From Paraspadella gotoi (taxonomy: Eukaryota; Animalia; Chaetognatha): DNA of 64,000 nt. The stretch is from assembly GCA_051294375.1 (NCBI GenBank), contig CM119269.1, forward strand, positions 20,941,665-21,005,664. Reading direction: 5' to 3'. Positions 52,143 through 64,000 of this stretch are shown one piece after another (position 1 is the stretch's first letter; each line of letters begins with the position of its first letter). Position numbers and translations under genes: made by a program. The notes beneath the pieces are model-generated. The model was not told the origin of the DNA. It saw nothing but the letters and a program-made list of their open reading frames with translations, and did not search any database.

Positions 52143-52522
52143 GATGGAGAAAATTAATTACATCGGTAAGCGGACGGCGGTAAAGATAAAAGAGAGGGGG
52201 AATAGGCAGGGGAGAGGGTAAAGGAGGGTAGCGGAAACTCGAAGAAATCGAGAGAGACGGAAGTATGAATTATGGAGACTGAGAGCGTCGTAGTGGAAGG
52301 AGAGAGGAAAAAGATGGGGGAAAAAAAAGTAAGAAAAAAAAGAAAGTTTGAGTATATAGCCTATTATATAAAGAGGAAAAGAAAATGAAAGATAATAGAA
52401 TAGAATGGAAAACTTCTTTCTCACGTGAATTTCATGAGGTTATTAAATTTTCTCTCTTGTGAATTCCAGGTGAGAAAAGGAGAAAGGGAGGGGATGCGAA
52501 GAGAGAGAAGGAAGATGAGAGA

Positions 52523-52556
<34 letters not shown>

Positions 52557-53684
52557 CGAGGGAAATGAGAAGAGAGAAGATTACTTAGGCGGAGACTTTG
52601 GACATTTTTTCTCGCCCAATCTTCTTCGTATCTTCTTCCTTCTTTTTTTTCTCCTTTCTCTTTCTGTTTCCCCTATCTCCTTTCTTCGTCTCCTTCTATT
52701 ACTCTTCCTATTGTCCTTACAATTATTTTTAAGTTCCATCTCTTTATTTTTCTTCACTTATTTTCTGTTCTTCCCACAATCGTCATCATCGTCATCGTCA
52801 TCATTATCATCGTCATCATCATCATCGTCATTTTCCTCCCACAAAATCTTGGACTTGAAAATCTGCATGATTGAGAAAGTTTCATTGGCGGTTAAGGAGG
52901 AGGAGGAAGAGAAGGAGGAAGAAAAGGAGGAGCAGAAAGAGAAAGAGCAGACGCGAGAGTCAAAGGCGCAGTTTTAAAACGAAATGAAAGAGCGAAATGA
53001 GCCAAGCGAGAAAATAAAAATAACATTGCAACAACAAAATTACAGAAATAATACATACAAACTTAACTCAATGAACCGCCTTTGTCCTCGTCGACTCATA
53101 GACGTAGTAACGACAGATCAACGGATCGACAGCCGGACCAATCAACAAGCGGCGTTTGATAAAAGTTGTTTGACCTTGTTTGTCACTTTACAGTGTAAAG
53201 TTTACACTCGCGACGCCCGACGAAAATAAAGGAAGTTGAAAAAACTAGCAGTACATCTTTCTTTCCCTATTTTGTTTTCCTCCAATGAATGATTTTTCTT
53301 TTCCCTTTTTTTCATTCCCAATTTTATTCGTCTTTCTATTCTCTCCTCGATCTTTAATCCCTCCATCCCTCCTCCCCTTAATTCTTTCCTCTTCCTCTTC
53401 CTCCCCGTTCGACTTTTCTCCCCAGGCGACTACGACTACAACAACTACAACTACAACAACAACAACAACTACGGCCCCGTCCTCCTCACGGAACAAGGAC
53501 ACACGTTCCGTCCCCCGTCGCCTCAACCGGGACATCGTCGCGACGACGACGACGACGACGACGATCACCCCAACGTCTCGCCGGCGACCGACAGACGAAC
53601 CCTGGCCGTCGTCGTCGGTCTGCCACTATTACTCGTCGTCCTTCTCATCGTCGCCGTCGTCGTCGTCGTTTTTCTCCGAAAGAG
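47428..53684 (+). CDS. Single-pass membrane protein with SUEL/rhamnose-binding (Gal_Lectin) domain, EVA-1/EVA1C-like; spliced
   Basis: Exon 47428-47594 gives PYKCVGEELRLKCDRLGERLKVVRATFGRSPAMICMRILGDPCFADGTE. Exon 47826-47924 gives ELTHVCDGFVECVVPVEARTMGLCPPMLTDNLQ and ends in a GC donor. Exon 52006-52165 gives IEYTCVP plus a Gly-rich stretch. Exon 53426-53684 gives an N/D-rich stalk and TM LAVVVGLPLLLVVLLIVAVVVVVFL-RKR. The eight Cys, the A-x-(Y/F)GR, CDG, CP and Y-x-C motifs fit SUEL, and all phases agree. Confidence 0.8.
51066..51625. repeat. ~31-bp minisatellite (~18 units), intronic
   Basis: Unit gccattttaaatccctacggcgccgctgcagt with substitutions. Confidence 0.95.
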
Positions 53685-54827
53685 GTGAGAAGAAGAGAGG
53701 GTGAAGATCGACACAGATCTACATCTCCACTCCGGTTGTGGAGTCGCCCTAATTTTTAAGCTAATTGAAGGGACACGGCTTTTATTAAGCGGAGATAAAT
53801 GTATGTAGTTTACTTTACATATTTATTTTCGTTTAAATACGTACTAAACGCAATCTCGAAGAAAAAGTTTTTTTTGGTTTTTCTTGCTCTCTTCCTCTTC
53901 CTTTCTCTTCTTTTCTCCCACTTCTCTCTACTCCTCCCTTTCACCCTCTATCTCCCTTTCTCCCCCTTATCTCCCTCTCCCTCTCTCTCTCGCTCCATGT
54001 CTCGGTTAACACACCATGCAACAACAGACGCCATGATCAGTCATTCCTTTATGTTCGGACGGAAACCGGCCTCTCGTCCGTCTTCGCCCTTTTGTTACCC
54101 GGGGTGTCGCGAAATAAAGATGGCGGGTTTATCCATTTGTTTCTTGGTTCCCTGTCGACGTCGCACGGCGGGTCGCGGCTGAATTTAGGCCGGAAAAAAA
54201 ATATTTTTTCGCAAACCTTCGATGTTTGACGTTTAATAAACGAATACAATGACAAGCAGAAAGGAAGATGACAACTTACATAAATAATAATTGATAATTT
54301 ATTTAACTATTTAATACAAAATTAGAAAAACTAATATTGTTCAAGGTTGATTATTCAGAAAATAATGATAATATATGATTTACACACCCCATTAGAGAAA
54401 AACTTGGGAAGAACCTTCCCAGCAGTCAAAGAGACAAGTTCCATATAAAACTATCCTTTGGTTAGACTTTTTGACATTTTTGACGAACTGGAGAAAAAGT
54501 TAAGTTACGAATTCTTTATTTAAGATTTTAAGAATACAGATTTTTTTCCTTCTTCAAAATCAAAAAGTAACTTTGCCTTCGCTCTCCTAGTCCCTGATAC
54601 CCTGAGTAAAAAAAAGAACATTATCCATTAAACAGTCACTATTATTTAACGACCTCTTAATGTAAACGCATTAGTGAGTGGCGATTTTTGGTTCGGTTTC
54701 ATATCTGGGTATCACTGAAGAGTACTCAACATCTCACCAAGTCGCCATCTTGGAAAGTAGAGAGATAGGGAAGAAGAATCCGAGTGAGTGGGCGAAGGAA
54801 AGAGTGGAAATGTCTAACAGGAGAGGT

Positions 54828-54886
<59 letters not shown>

Positions 54887-55056
54887 AAAAAAGAAAGAAA
54901 GAAAGAAAGAAAAAACAAGGAGAGAAAGAAAGAAAGAAAGAAAGAAATATCTTTAGGACGATATTTATGGGAATGACCCTCGAAACTCAGATGATCATCT
55001 CTCGGCCCATTTTCTCTTTCCGCTCAAGAAATCGAGGAAATACCCTTTTCCCGACA

Positions 55057-55120
<64 letters not shown>

Positions 55121-55261
55121 CTTTCCAAGATTTCTTTTCCGCATTTTTTTCCCAGATTTCTCAATGTTTCTCTCATATTGTTATCGTCGTCGAGTTATCA
55201 TTGTAAAAAGATCATTTTCCTGATTTGTAGAATTTCCAAGGTTTAATTAGTAAGATGTGGA

Positions 55262-55485
55262 TAAGGCGCTACGTGGGCTGAAGATGACTGTCCGTAACTT
55301 CTATAACCCCCTCTAGCAGCCATGGAACGGGTCCCTGGGCTTGGAACCAGGCTTGAGGGTTTGCCGTGCCCCCAAAGCGGCTTACGGCCGTCCTCACGCT
55401 TCCCGCAGGGTAGGTACCGGGTTGGGATTGAACCCGGTACCTAGAGGTCATGAGCTGATGGCTTTACTCAATGAGCCACCGGGTC
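55262..55485 (-). mobile_element. tRNA-derived SINE family B with twister-like core
   Basis: Minus-strand head GACCCGGTGGCTCATTGAGTAAAGC (A box) ... TAGGTACCGGGTTCAATCCCAACCCGGTACCTA (B box GGTTCAATCCC in a 13-bp hairpin), followed by a structured body. Confidence 0.75.
55327..55406 (-). ncRNA. Twister ribozyme-like motif (type-P5 permutation), possibly degenerate
   Basis: Minus strand: GCGGG(P5) AAGCGT GAGGA(L1/T1) CGGCCG(P1) TAA GCC GC(T2) TTTGGGGG-cacggcaaa-CCCTCAA(P3) G CCTGG TTCCAAGC(L4) CCAGG(P4) GA CCCGT(P5'). Confidence 0.55.
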
Positions 55486-56563
55486 ACAACTGAAAGTGTC
55501 ATGATTCTAGGCGGGGTGAACCTAGGCAATGCCCGACTAGATAAAATCAGAGGCCGTCTCCCTGTCTGTACTACTACATTCATTTTTAAATTTTAATAAA
55601 AAATGTTAAATCTAATATAGTAAAACAAGTAATCTTGAAATTTTTCTTAAGTGTATACTCTATTAATATCCCATTTCTCTGCGCTGATTCTCGCATTGAT
55701 TTTCCCATTACTTAGGGGGAAAAATCAAATAGAACAGGCGTATATTTTTGAATTTTTTGAATATCACACATGTACAAAATATGACAAACTTTTGCTATGT
55801 ATCATTTAAAAATAATGCAATATTAAAAACGTAAGGGATAGACCAAGAGTCAAACAGAAGACAAAAGTTTTGAACAATGTTTTCCTCCTTTTTTGCACGA
55901 TTTATATAGAAATATTGAAAAATGATAAATAATTCTAAAATTGAACAATGGGGGTTGGAGGGGAGGCTGTTGGAAAAGGGAATTGCGGGGGGTGGAGGAG
56001 GCTGTTGAAAAGGGAATTCGGTCGGGGGGTTGGGGGGATTGAACCGGTAACCGTAGAGGTCATGAGGCTGATGGCTTTACTCAATGAGCCACCGGGCTAC
56101 AACTGAAAGTGTCATGATTCTAAGCGCGGGGTGAACCTAGGCAATGCCCGACTAGATAAAATCAGAGGCCGTCTCCCTGTCTGTACTCCTACACATTCAT
56201 CCTTTTGAAATTTTAATAAAAATGTTAAATCTAATATAGTAAAACAAGTAATCTTGAAATTTTTCTTAAGTATACTCTATTAATATCCATTTCTCTGCGC
56301 TGATTCTCTCGCATTGATTTTCGCATTACTTAGGGGGAAACAATCAAATAGAACAGGCGTAATATTTTTGAATTTTTTGAATATCACACATGTACAAAAT
56401 ATGACAACTTTTGCCTATGTATCATTTAAATAATGCAATATTAAAACCGGTAAGGATAGACCAAGAGTACAGAAGACAAAAGTTTGAAACAATGTTTTCT
56501 CTCCTTTTTTGCCGATTTATATAGAAAATATTGAAAAATGATAAATAATTCTAAAATTGAACA
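55432..56563. repeat. Direct duplication (~55432-55947 / ~56036-56563) with ~2 inverted satellite units at the junction
   Basis: The SINE head and upstream sequence repeat. Junction 55948-56035 is the reverse complement of the 61590-64000 satellite unit. Confidence 0.85.
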
Positions 56564-56974
56564 ATTTTCTACTATGAATAAAGACAGAGTGTTCATGTAA
56601 TGTTCACTCTTATGTACAATGTTACAATGTTAATGTACACTTAACAAAAAAGGAGGCTGTCTTACGTAGCAAAGAGCTGAACGTTTTCCGTTTTCCTTCA
56701 GTTTGGAAATATGAATGAAAAACCTTTTTTTGTTTTCCTTCTCATGATTAAAAAGACTCAACCGCTTTGTTAAAGCCTTTATGGGTAAGAAAAGTAGGTT
56801 TTTGTTGTTTTTCGTTTGTTTTTTGTTTTGTTTTGTTTTGTTTTTAAAGTGGGAAACGAAATTTAGGTGAAAGAGGGAGGATCAAAAAAATAGGTGGGTG
56901 GGAAATATTAGGAAAGTCGACGCGTGAAAGTGAAAGGATGCTCGTATTCGATTTCCCTGAGAGAGAAGAATAAG

Positions 56975-57790
56975 AGGAGGCAGGAACGAGAAAAGGAAGG
57001 TACGGAGAGGAGAAATGAAAATGGAGAAAGTGGAGGAACGAGAAACCGTGAGGAACGAGAAAAAGGGAGAAAACGAAAAAAGGGGAAGAACGAGAAAAGG
57101 GAGGAACGAAAAAAGGCGAGAAACTAAAAAGGGAGGAACGAAAAAGGGAAACGAAGGGAAAGGAACGAAAAAGGGCAGCAAACTAAAAAGGGAGGAACGA
57201 AAAAGCGGAGGAAGGAGAAAGGGAGGAACGAAAAGGGAGGAAGGAGAAAAGGGAGGAACAAGAAAAGGGAGGAACAAAAAAAGGGAGAAAACGAAAATGG
57301 GAGGAGCAAAAAAAGGGAGGAAGGAGAAAAGGGAGGAACAAGAAAAGGGAGGAACGAAAAAAGGGAGGAATGAAAAAAGAAGAAGAACAAAAAAATGGAG
57401 GAATGAGAAAGGGAGGAATGAAAAAGGGAAGAACGAAAAAAGGGAAGAACGAGAAAAAGGGAAGGAACGAAAAAAGGTAGAAACTAAAAAGGGAGGGAAC
57501 GAAAAAGGGAGGAAGGAGAAAAGGGAGGAACAAGAAAAGGGAGGAACGAAAAAAGGGAGAAATAAAAATGGGAGGAATGAAAAAGGGAGGAAGAAGAAAA
57601 GGGAGGAAGAAGAAAAGGGAGGAACGNNNNNNNNNNNNNNNNNNNNNNNNNAAAAAAGGGAGGAACGAAAAAAGGGAGGAATGAAAAAAGGGAAGAACGA
57701 AAAAAGGGAGGAACGAGAAAAGGGAGGAAGGAGAAAAGGGAAGAACGAGAAAAGGGAGGATGGTGAAAAAGAAAAGAATGGGAGAAAGTC
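56975..57790. repeat. Purine-rich degenerate minisatellite (aaaagggaggaacga, ~16-17 bp)
   Basis: Direct observation. It generates spurious K/G/R/E-rich and F/S/P-rich ORFs. Confidence 0.9.
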
Positions 57791-58137
57791 ATCGAACCTT
57801 GACCGGAGGAATGAGGACAATGAAAATCGTGAGGGAAGAGAAATATGTGAAGAGGAAAAAATGAAAGAAGCAAATGACCGAGAGAAGGAAAAGAGATATA
57901 AGTGAGAAAAAAATTCAAACCTAAAAGAAGAAAATCAAACGAATTACGTCAAAAGTCAAAGAAGTGCGATAAAAGAGAAAAACGTCAAGATGTCAAATAT
58001 GTTTGACGTCTTGACGATAACAAAAAAATTTTGGGGAAGTTTATTTTATATCAAACTTTTATAGACAAACTACAGTAAAATGAAAGTAAAAAAAGGGAAA
58101 AAAAGAGAAAATATATACTTAATATTTTTTTACAACA

Positions 58138-58230
<93 letters not shown>
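58138..58230. repeat. (TTA)n microsatellite
   Basis: Direct observation. Confidence 0.97.
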
Positions 58231-58231
<1 letters not shown>

Positions 58232-58890
58232 TAAAATTATTATCCGTAAAAGCCTTAAAACTTTTCCCAAATTTAGAGACGACAATCGACAAACGACCAA
58301 CGACAAAACTGTCGATGAAAAAGCCTCAAGAAAATCGAGAGTCACGAAAGGAAGATTCGATTTCCGTGACGCTTAAGTCTTAAGTCTCATGAAAAAAAAA
58401 CAAAAGTCAAATGAAAAGAAAGTCAAATGAAAAAACAAAAACATAAAAGTCAAATGAAAAAAACAACAAAAATCAAATTGAAAAAAACAACAACCAAGAA
58501 TCGATTGGGAATTTCTCGACAGGAAGATGAGTGGGAGGAAGAAAAGAAAAAAATAGGAAAAAATTATGAGGGAAAAATGGAAGGAGGGAAAAAGAAAAAA
58601 GGAAAAAAAAGGAAGGGAAGAAAGAAAAGAAAAGAAAAGAGGAAATTCTTGAAAGAAAAAAAGGAAAGTGAAACGATTTTGTATCGACGTCGACTTCAAC
58701 AGTCGTTTTCATCGCTCCATTGCTCTCTCTCTCTCTCTCTCTCTTTCCTCTTCTCTCTCTCTCTCTCTCTCTCTCGTTCTAAACATTTTTTAACTTTCTC
58801 CTGGGAATAGAAAAACATCTATTGTTAAAAAAAAGCGGGACGACCATAACAAAAACAAGCACAACAACAATTTCACACAATCTCGGTGAG

Positions 58891-59038
58891 ATTAATGATC
58901 TTAATGACGCGGATGACGAGCAAAGACGGCGAAGCCGCCGGGCAGAAAGAAGACGAGGATGACGACGTCAATGACGACGACGACGACAACGAGGACGACG
59001 ACAACCGTGGGCCCGTTCCCTGCTTCCGGAGAGGCTAA
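58891..59038 (+). CDS. Possible terminal (acidic cytoplasmic tail) exon of the SUEL receptor
   Basis: A phase-2 join to 53684 gives RLMILMTRMTSKDGEAAGQKEDEDDDVNDDDDDNEDDDNRGPVPCFRRG*. The acceptor (gtgag) is weak. Confidence 0.3.
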
Positions 59039-59251
59039 ACCAGGCGATCAAACAAATATAAAGAAATGTCGAGATTAAGAAAGACGCAAGGATGACTAAT
59101 TTGACTATGATTGTGGTTTTGTGCTAAATCCGATCATCATTTATCATGGAGACGACCCACAACGATGACAACAACGATGAAGACAACATCAACGACGACG
59201 AAGATAAATATCTTTCCTTTGATCCTCTTTCTCTCTCTCTTTCTCTCTCTC

Positions 59252-59312
<61 letters not shown>

Positions 59313-61080
59313 CCTCTCCTCCTCTCTCTCTCTCCCGTTAAAGTCGTTTTGCATTTTTATGTCTTTTTTCTGCGACAAAGTTTACACTCTCTTACTCTCT
59401 GATCTTCGCTCCTTCTCGTCTCTCGCTCCACAACTTTTTTACACCACCAACCCAGTTGACCTCAATCCCCCCACACTTCTCTAAGTCTAACTCACCTTCC
59501 GTTTTTTTATTCTTTTTTTTTGGGTTCTTTAATCTTTTCTTCCTCCCTCTCCTCCAGTCACTTTCCTCCTTTCCTTTTCTTTCCTTTCCTCCCTCTCCTC
59601 CAGTCACTTTCCTCCTTTTCATTTTTTTTCTTCTTCCCTTCTCCTCAGTTCCACTTTCCTCCTCCCTTCTTTCCCTTTCTCCTCTCCTCTGTCACTTTCC
59701 TCCTTTCCTTTCTTTCCTTTCCTCCCTCACCTCCTGTCACTTTCCTCCTTTGCCTTTCTATCCTTTCCCTCCTCCATCCACTTCACTTTCCTCCTTCTTC
59801 CTTTCATTTCTCCTCTCTCCTCCAATATTTCCTCTTCTCTCTTCCTCTCCTTCCTCCCTCTCCTTCAGTCACTTTCCTCCTTCTCTTCCTTTCCTTTCCT
59901 CCCTCACCTCCACTCACTTTCCTCCTTCCCTTATTTTTCTTTTCTTCTCTCTTCCCCTTCCCCCTCTTTTCCCCTCCTATTTCGACGCGGCTAACTACAA
60001 AATTGTTTTTTCGTGGTTTTCAGTTGACAGAAAAAAAACACAAATACAAAACAAAAAAAAACAGTAAAAAAGGAGAAAATCGTTAAAATTCGACTCTGCG
60101 TTTTGTAAAAGCAGCAGTAAAAACGAAGGAAGGAACCAGTGGCATTCGGCGCGAAATGCGAGCGCCTTTTTAGTTGCGCCGCGAGTACTCGCGGAGCAAC
60201 TCTATAAGTCACTTTTCGGTCGATCGGTTCGTCAGTCGGTCTGTCTGTCTGTCGGTCTGACCCACTTACATTAAAAACGCTCATATAGTTGCATAGTTGC
60301 ATATAGTTGGTTGTTCATTTGTTAAGAAAGGAAAAAACCTCAAATCTAAGGGACCTCTAGCGCTGCCTTCAGGAAATAAAAGACAAAATACAAAAGACAA
60401 AATTCCGATGCAGTGCTTGTCATAAATACACGGACTAAGAAAATTATGATAGTCATGTAGTCATGGCATATCACATCGTAATGTAATGTCATGTCACATG
60501 TCATGTCAAGAAACACACGTGATAAGGCAGTCACTGCGGCGCAACACATTTGAATTTATTATTATTATCTTTATAAAAAAATAGATAGCTAAGCGAAAAA
60601 AAATGTTCTAGTTACCATTTACGTATAGAAAATCGATATTGCAGCTCAGGCGACGAAGAAAAACCTAACGAAATGTAAAAAAAAGCTCGAATAATTAAAA
60701 AAAAGTAATTAAAACTTTTAAAAAAGTAATCAACTTAATTAAATGTAAAAAGATAATCGGAGAAAAAAATTTTACTGTCTTTTCTCTAGAAGAAGAAAAT
60801 CAAGACAGGAGAAAGAAAATGAAAAAGATTAAAATTAATCGATAATTAATTTAATTTAACGCGAGAAAACATCCTTCTTCGCTCGGCTTTGCTAAGTTTG
60901 CTTCGTCGGGAGAGCTTATCAGCTCGAAATAAAAAGTCGTAATGAAATGACAACCTGAGAACAAAAAGCGGCGATGATGCCTTTTTGTTTTATTACGACA
61001 AATTAATGGAACAAGGAGAAAAAAAGAGAAAGGAAATAAAAAAAAAGGAAATAAAAAAAAGGCAAGTCAACGACACTCTC

Positions 61081-61183
<103 letters not shown>

Positions 61184-61589
61184 CCCACGATATCACTTCT
61201 CAATTCTACTTCAAAACACCTTACCCTTTCCCGAGACGAATTCTGCATCATTTTGCATCGTCCCTTACCCCATCCATCCATCCCTTACTCTCTTCCTTTT
61301 TCTCTTTCCCCATTTCTCTCTCCTTCCGATTTTCTTTCACTCTCATTCCTACTTCTTCCATCCAACGTCAGTCTATCTCTCCACTTCCCCTCTCTCCCAT
61401 TTTCTCTCGCCTCCTCCCATAATCATTTCTCCTCTCCTTAAATTTCATTTCTTTTCCCCGCGAATAAATTTTTTTTTTTCAACCTTCAAAATCTTTCTCC
61501 TTTTTCTCTAAATCTTTCTCGCCTTCTCCTTAAACTCCACACTTACCCATATTTCACTATCCATTCCGTCTCAAATCAATTTTCTTTGT

Positions 61590-64000
61590 TCCCCCCACCC
61601 CCCGAATTCCTTCAACAGGCCTCCCCCACCCCCAATTCCCCTTCAACAGCCTCCCTCCACCCCCCCGAATTCCTTCAACAGCCTCTCCCCCCCCCCGAAT
61701 TCCCTTCAACAGCCTTCCCATCCACCCCCGAATTCCCTTCAACAGCCTCCCTCCACCCCCCCGAATTCCCTTCAACAGCCTCCCTGCCACGCCCCCGAAT
61801 TCCCTTCAACAGCTCCCTCTCCCCCCCCGAATTCCTTCAATCAGCCTCCCTCCACCCCCCGAATTCCCTTCAACAGCCTCCCTCCACCCCCCGAATTCCT
61901 TCAACAGCCCTCCCTCCCCCCCCCTCCGAATTCCCTTCAACAGCCTCCCTCCACCCCCCGAATTCCCTTCAACAGCCTCCCTCCACCTCCCCGAATTCCC
62001 TTCAACAGCCTCCCTCACCCCCCCGAATTCCCTTCAACAGCCTCCTCCACCCCCCGAATTCCCTTCAACAGCCTCCTCCCCCCCCCGAATTCCCTTCAAC
62101 AGCCTCCCTCCCCCCCGAATTCCCTTCAACACCTCCCTCCCCCCCGAATTCCCTCACAGCCTCCTCCCCCCCCGAATTCCCTTCAACAGCCTCCCTCCAC
62201 CCCCCGAATTCCCTTCAACAGCCTCCCTCCACCCCCCGAATTCCCTTCAACAGCCTCCCTCCACCCCGCCCGAATTCCCTTCAACAGCCTCCTTCCACCC
62301 CCCCGAAAAATTCCCTTCAACAGCCTCCCTCCACCACCCCAATTCCCTTCAACAGCCTCCCTCCCCCGAATTCCCTTCAACAGCCTCCCTCCCCCCCCCG
62401 CCGAATTCCCTTCAACAGCCTCCCTCCACCCCCCCAATCCCCCAAAAACAATTCCCTTCAACAGCCTCCCTCCCACCCCCCCGAATTCCCTTCACAGCTC
62501 CCTCCACCCCCCGATTCCCTTCAACAGCCTCCCTCCCCACCCCCCCGAATTCCCTTCAACAGCCTCCCTCCACCCCCCCGAATTCCCTTCAACACGCCTC
62601 CCTCCACCCCCCCGAATTCCCTTCAACAGCCTCCCTCCACCCCCCGAATTCCCTTCAACAGCCCTCTCCACCCCCCGAATTCCCTTCAACAGCCTCCCTC
62701 CACCCCCCCGAATTCCCTTCAACAGCCCTCCCTCCACCCTCCCGAAATTCCCTTCAACAGCCTCCCTCCACCCCCCCGAATTCCTTCAACAGCCTCCCTC
62801 CACCCCCCGAATTCCCTTCAACAGCCTCCCTCCACCCCCGAATTCCTCACAAGCTCTCCCCCCCCCGAATTCCTTCAACAGCCTCTCCTCCCCCCGAATT
62901 CCTTCAACACCTCCCTCCACCCCCCGAATTCCCTTCAACAGCCTCCCTCCCCCCCCGAATTCCTTCAACAGCCTCCCTCCACCCCCCCGAATTCCCTTCA
63001 ACAGCCTCCCTCCACCCCCCGAATTCCTTCAACAGCCTCCCTCCACCCCCCCCGAATTCCCTTCAACAGCTCCCTCACCCCCCCGAATTCCCTTCACAGC
63101 CCTCCCTCCACCCCCCCGAATTCCCTTCAACAGCCTCCCTCCACCCCCCGTAATCCCCTTCAACAGCCTCCCTCCCCCCGAAATTCCCTTCAACAGCCTC
63201 CCTCCCCCCCCCCCCGAATTCCCTTCAACAGCCTCCCCCACCCCCCGAATTCCCTTCAACAGCTCCCTCCACCCCCGAATTCCTTCAACAGCCTCCCTCC
63301 ACCCCCCCAATCCCCTTCAACAGCCTCCCTCCACCCCCTCCGAATTCCCTTCAACAGCCTCCCTCCACCCCCGAATTCCCTTCAACAGCCTCCCTCCACC
63401 CCCCGAATTCCCTTCAACAGCCTCCCCTCCACCCCCGAATTCCTTCAACAGCCTCCCTCCACCCCCGAATTCCCTTCAACAGCCTCCTCTCCCCCCCCGA
63501 ATTCCCTTCAACAGCCTCCCCCCCCCCCGAATTCCCTTCAACAGCCTCCCTCCCAAGCCCCCGAATTCCCTTCAACAGCCTCCCTCCACCCCCCGAATTC
63601 CCTTCAACAGCCTCCCTCCACCCCCGAATTCCCTTCAACAGCCTCCCTCCACCCCCCCGAATTCCCTTCAACAGGCCTCCCTCCACCCCCCGAATTCCCT
63701 TCAACAGCTCCCCCCCCCCCGAATTCCCTTCAACAGCCTCCTCCACCCCCCCGAATTCCCTTCAACAGCCTCCCTCCACCCCCGAATTCCCTTCAACAGC
63801 TCCCTCCACCCCCCCCCCGAATTCCCTTCAACAGCCTCCCTCCACCCCCGAATTCCCTTCAACAGCCTCCTCCCCCCCCGAATTCCTTCAACAGCCTCCC
63901 TCCACCCCCCGAATTCCCTTCAACAGCCTCCCTCCACCCCCCGAATTCCCTTCAACAGCTCCCTCCACCCCCGAATTCCCTTCAACAGCCTCCTCCACCC
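61590..64000. repeat. ~31-32 bp C-rich/G-rich satellite (>70 units, runs off the window end)
   Basis: Unit ccccccgaattcccttcaacagcctccctcca, with one EcoRI site per unit and a variable C-run. Confidence 0.97.

Noticed and set aside
55449-55504. Hammerhead-like tcatgag-CTGATGG...GAAA-gt-GTC-atga on +
   Set aside because: The core is CTGATGG rather than CTGANGA and stem III cannot form. It is explained as the antisense of the tRNA head.
56882-57918. 296-312 aa ORFs (K/G/R/E-rich or F/S/P-rich)
   Set aside because: They are translations of a purine-rich minisatellite and span an N gap.
61557-63746. Gly/Arg-rich ORFs
   Set aside because: They are translations of the satellite with frequent frame changes.

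Overview
AT-rich, microsatellite-dense animal (probably invertebrate) genomic DNA from a noisy long-read or amplified-DNA assembly. About half of the first 20 kb is inverted duplication (416-8314; 11487-14755 vs 17221-20444), and there are two direct duplications (40125-44960; 55432-56563). The copies differ by scattered 1-bp indels, so they are probably chimera or assembly artefacts. Three spliced genes can be rebuilt by hand from splice sites and reading phase. (1) The ICL3-TM6-TM7 exons of a histamine H3/H4-like class A GPCR (+, ~10421-14755, mirrored on -). (2) A ~1650-aa TTC28-like TPR + CHAT protein (-, 30247-37190) that lacks the catalytic His/Cys dyad. (3) A single-pass SUEL/rhamnose-binding-lectin receptor (EVA-1-like; +, 47428-53684) whose likely signal-peptide exon at 29802-29892 would place gene 2 inside its first intron. 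The most interesting signal is two different tRNA-derived SINEs (8567-8795 and 55262-55485, both -). Each carries a type-P5 twister-ribozyme-like fold, with compensatory changes in the T1 pseudoknot and a 6-nt self-complementary P1. A dispersed multi-hairpin element, a MITE-like element with telomere-like internal repeats, and tandem arrays of ~330, ~66, ~31 and ~32 bp are also present. All calls were made by eye; no database searches were run.
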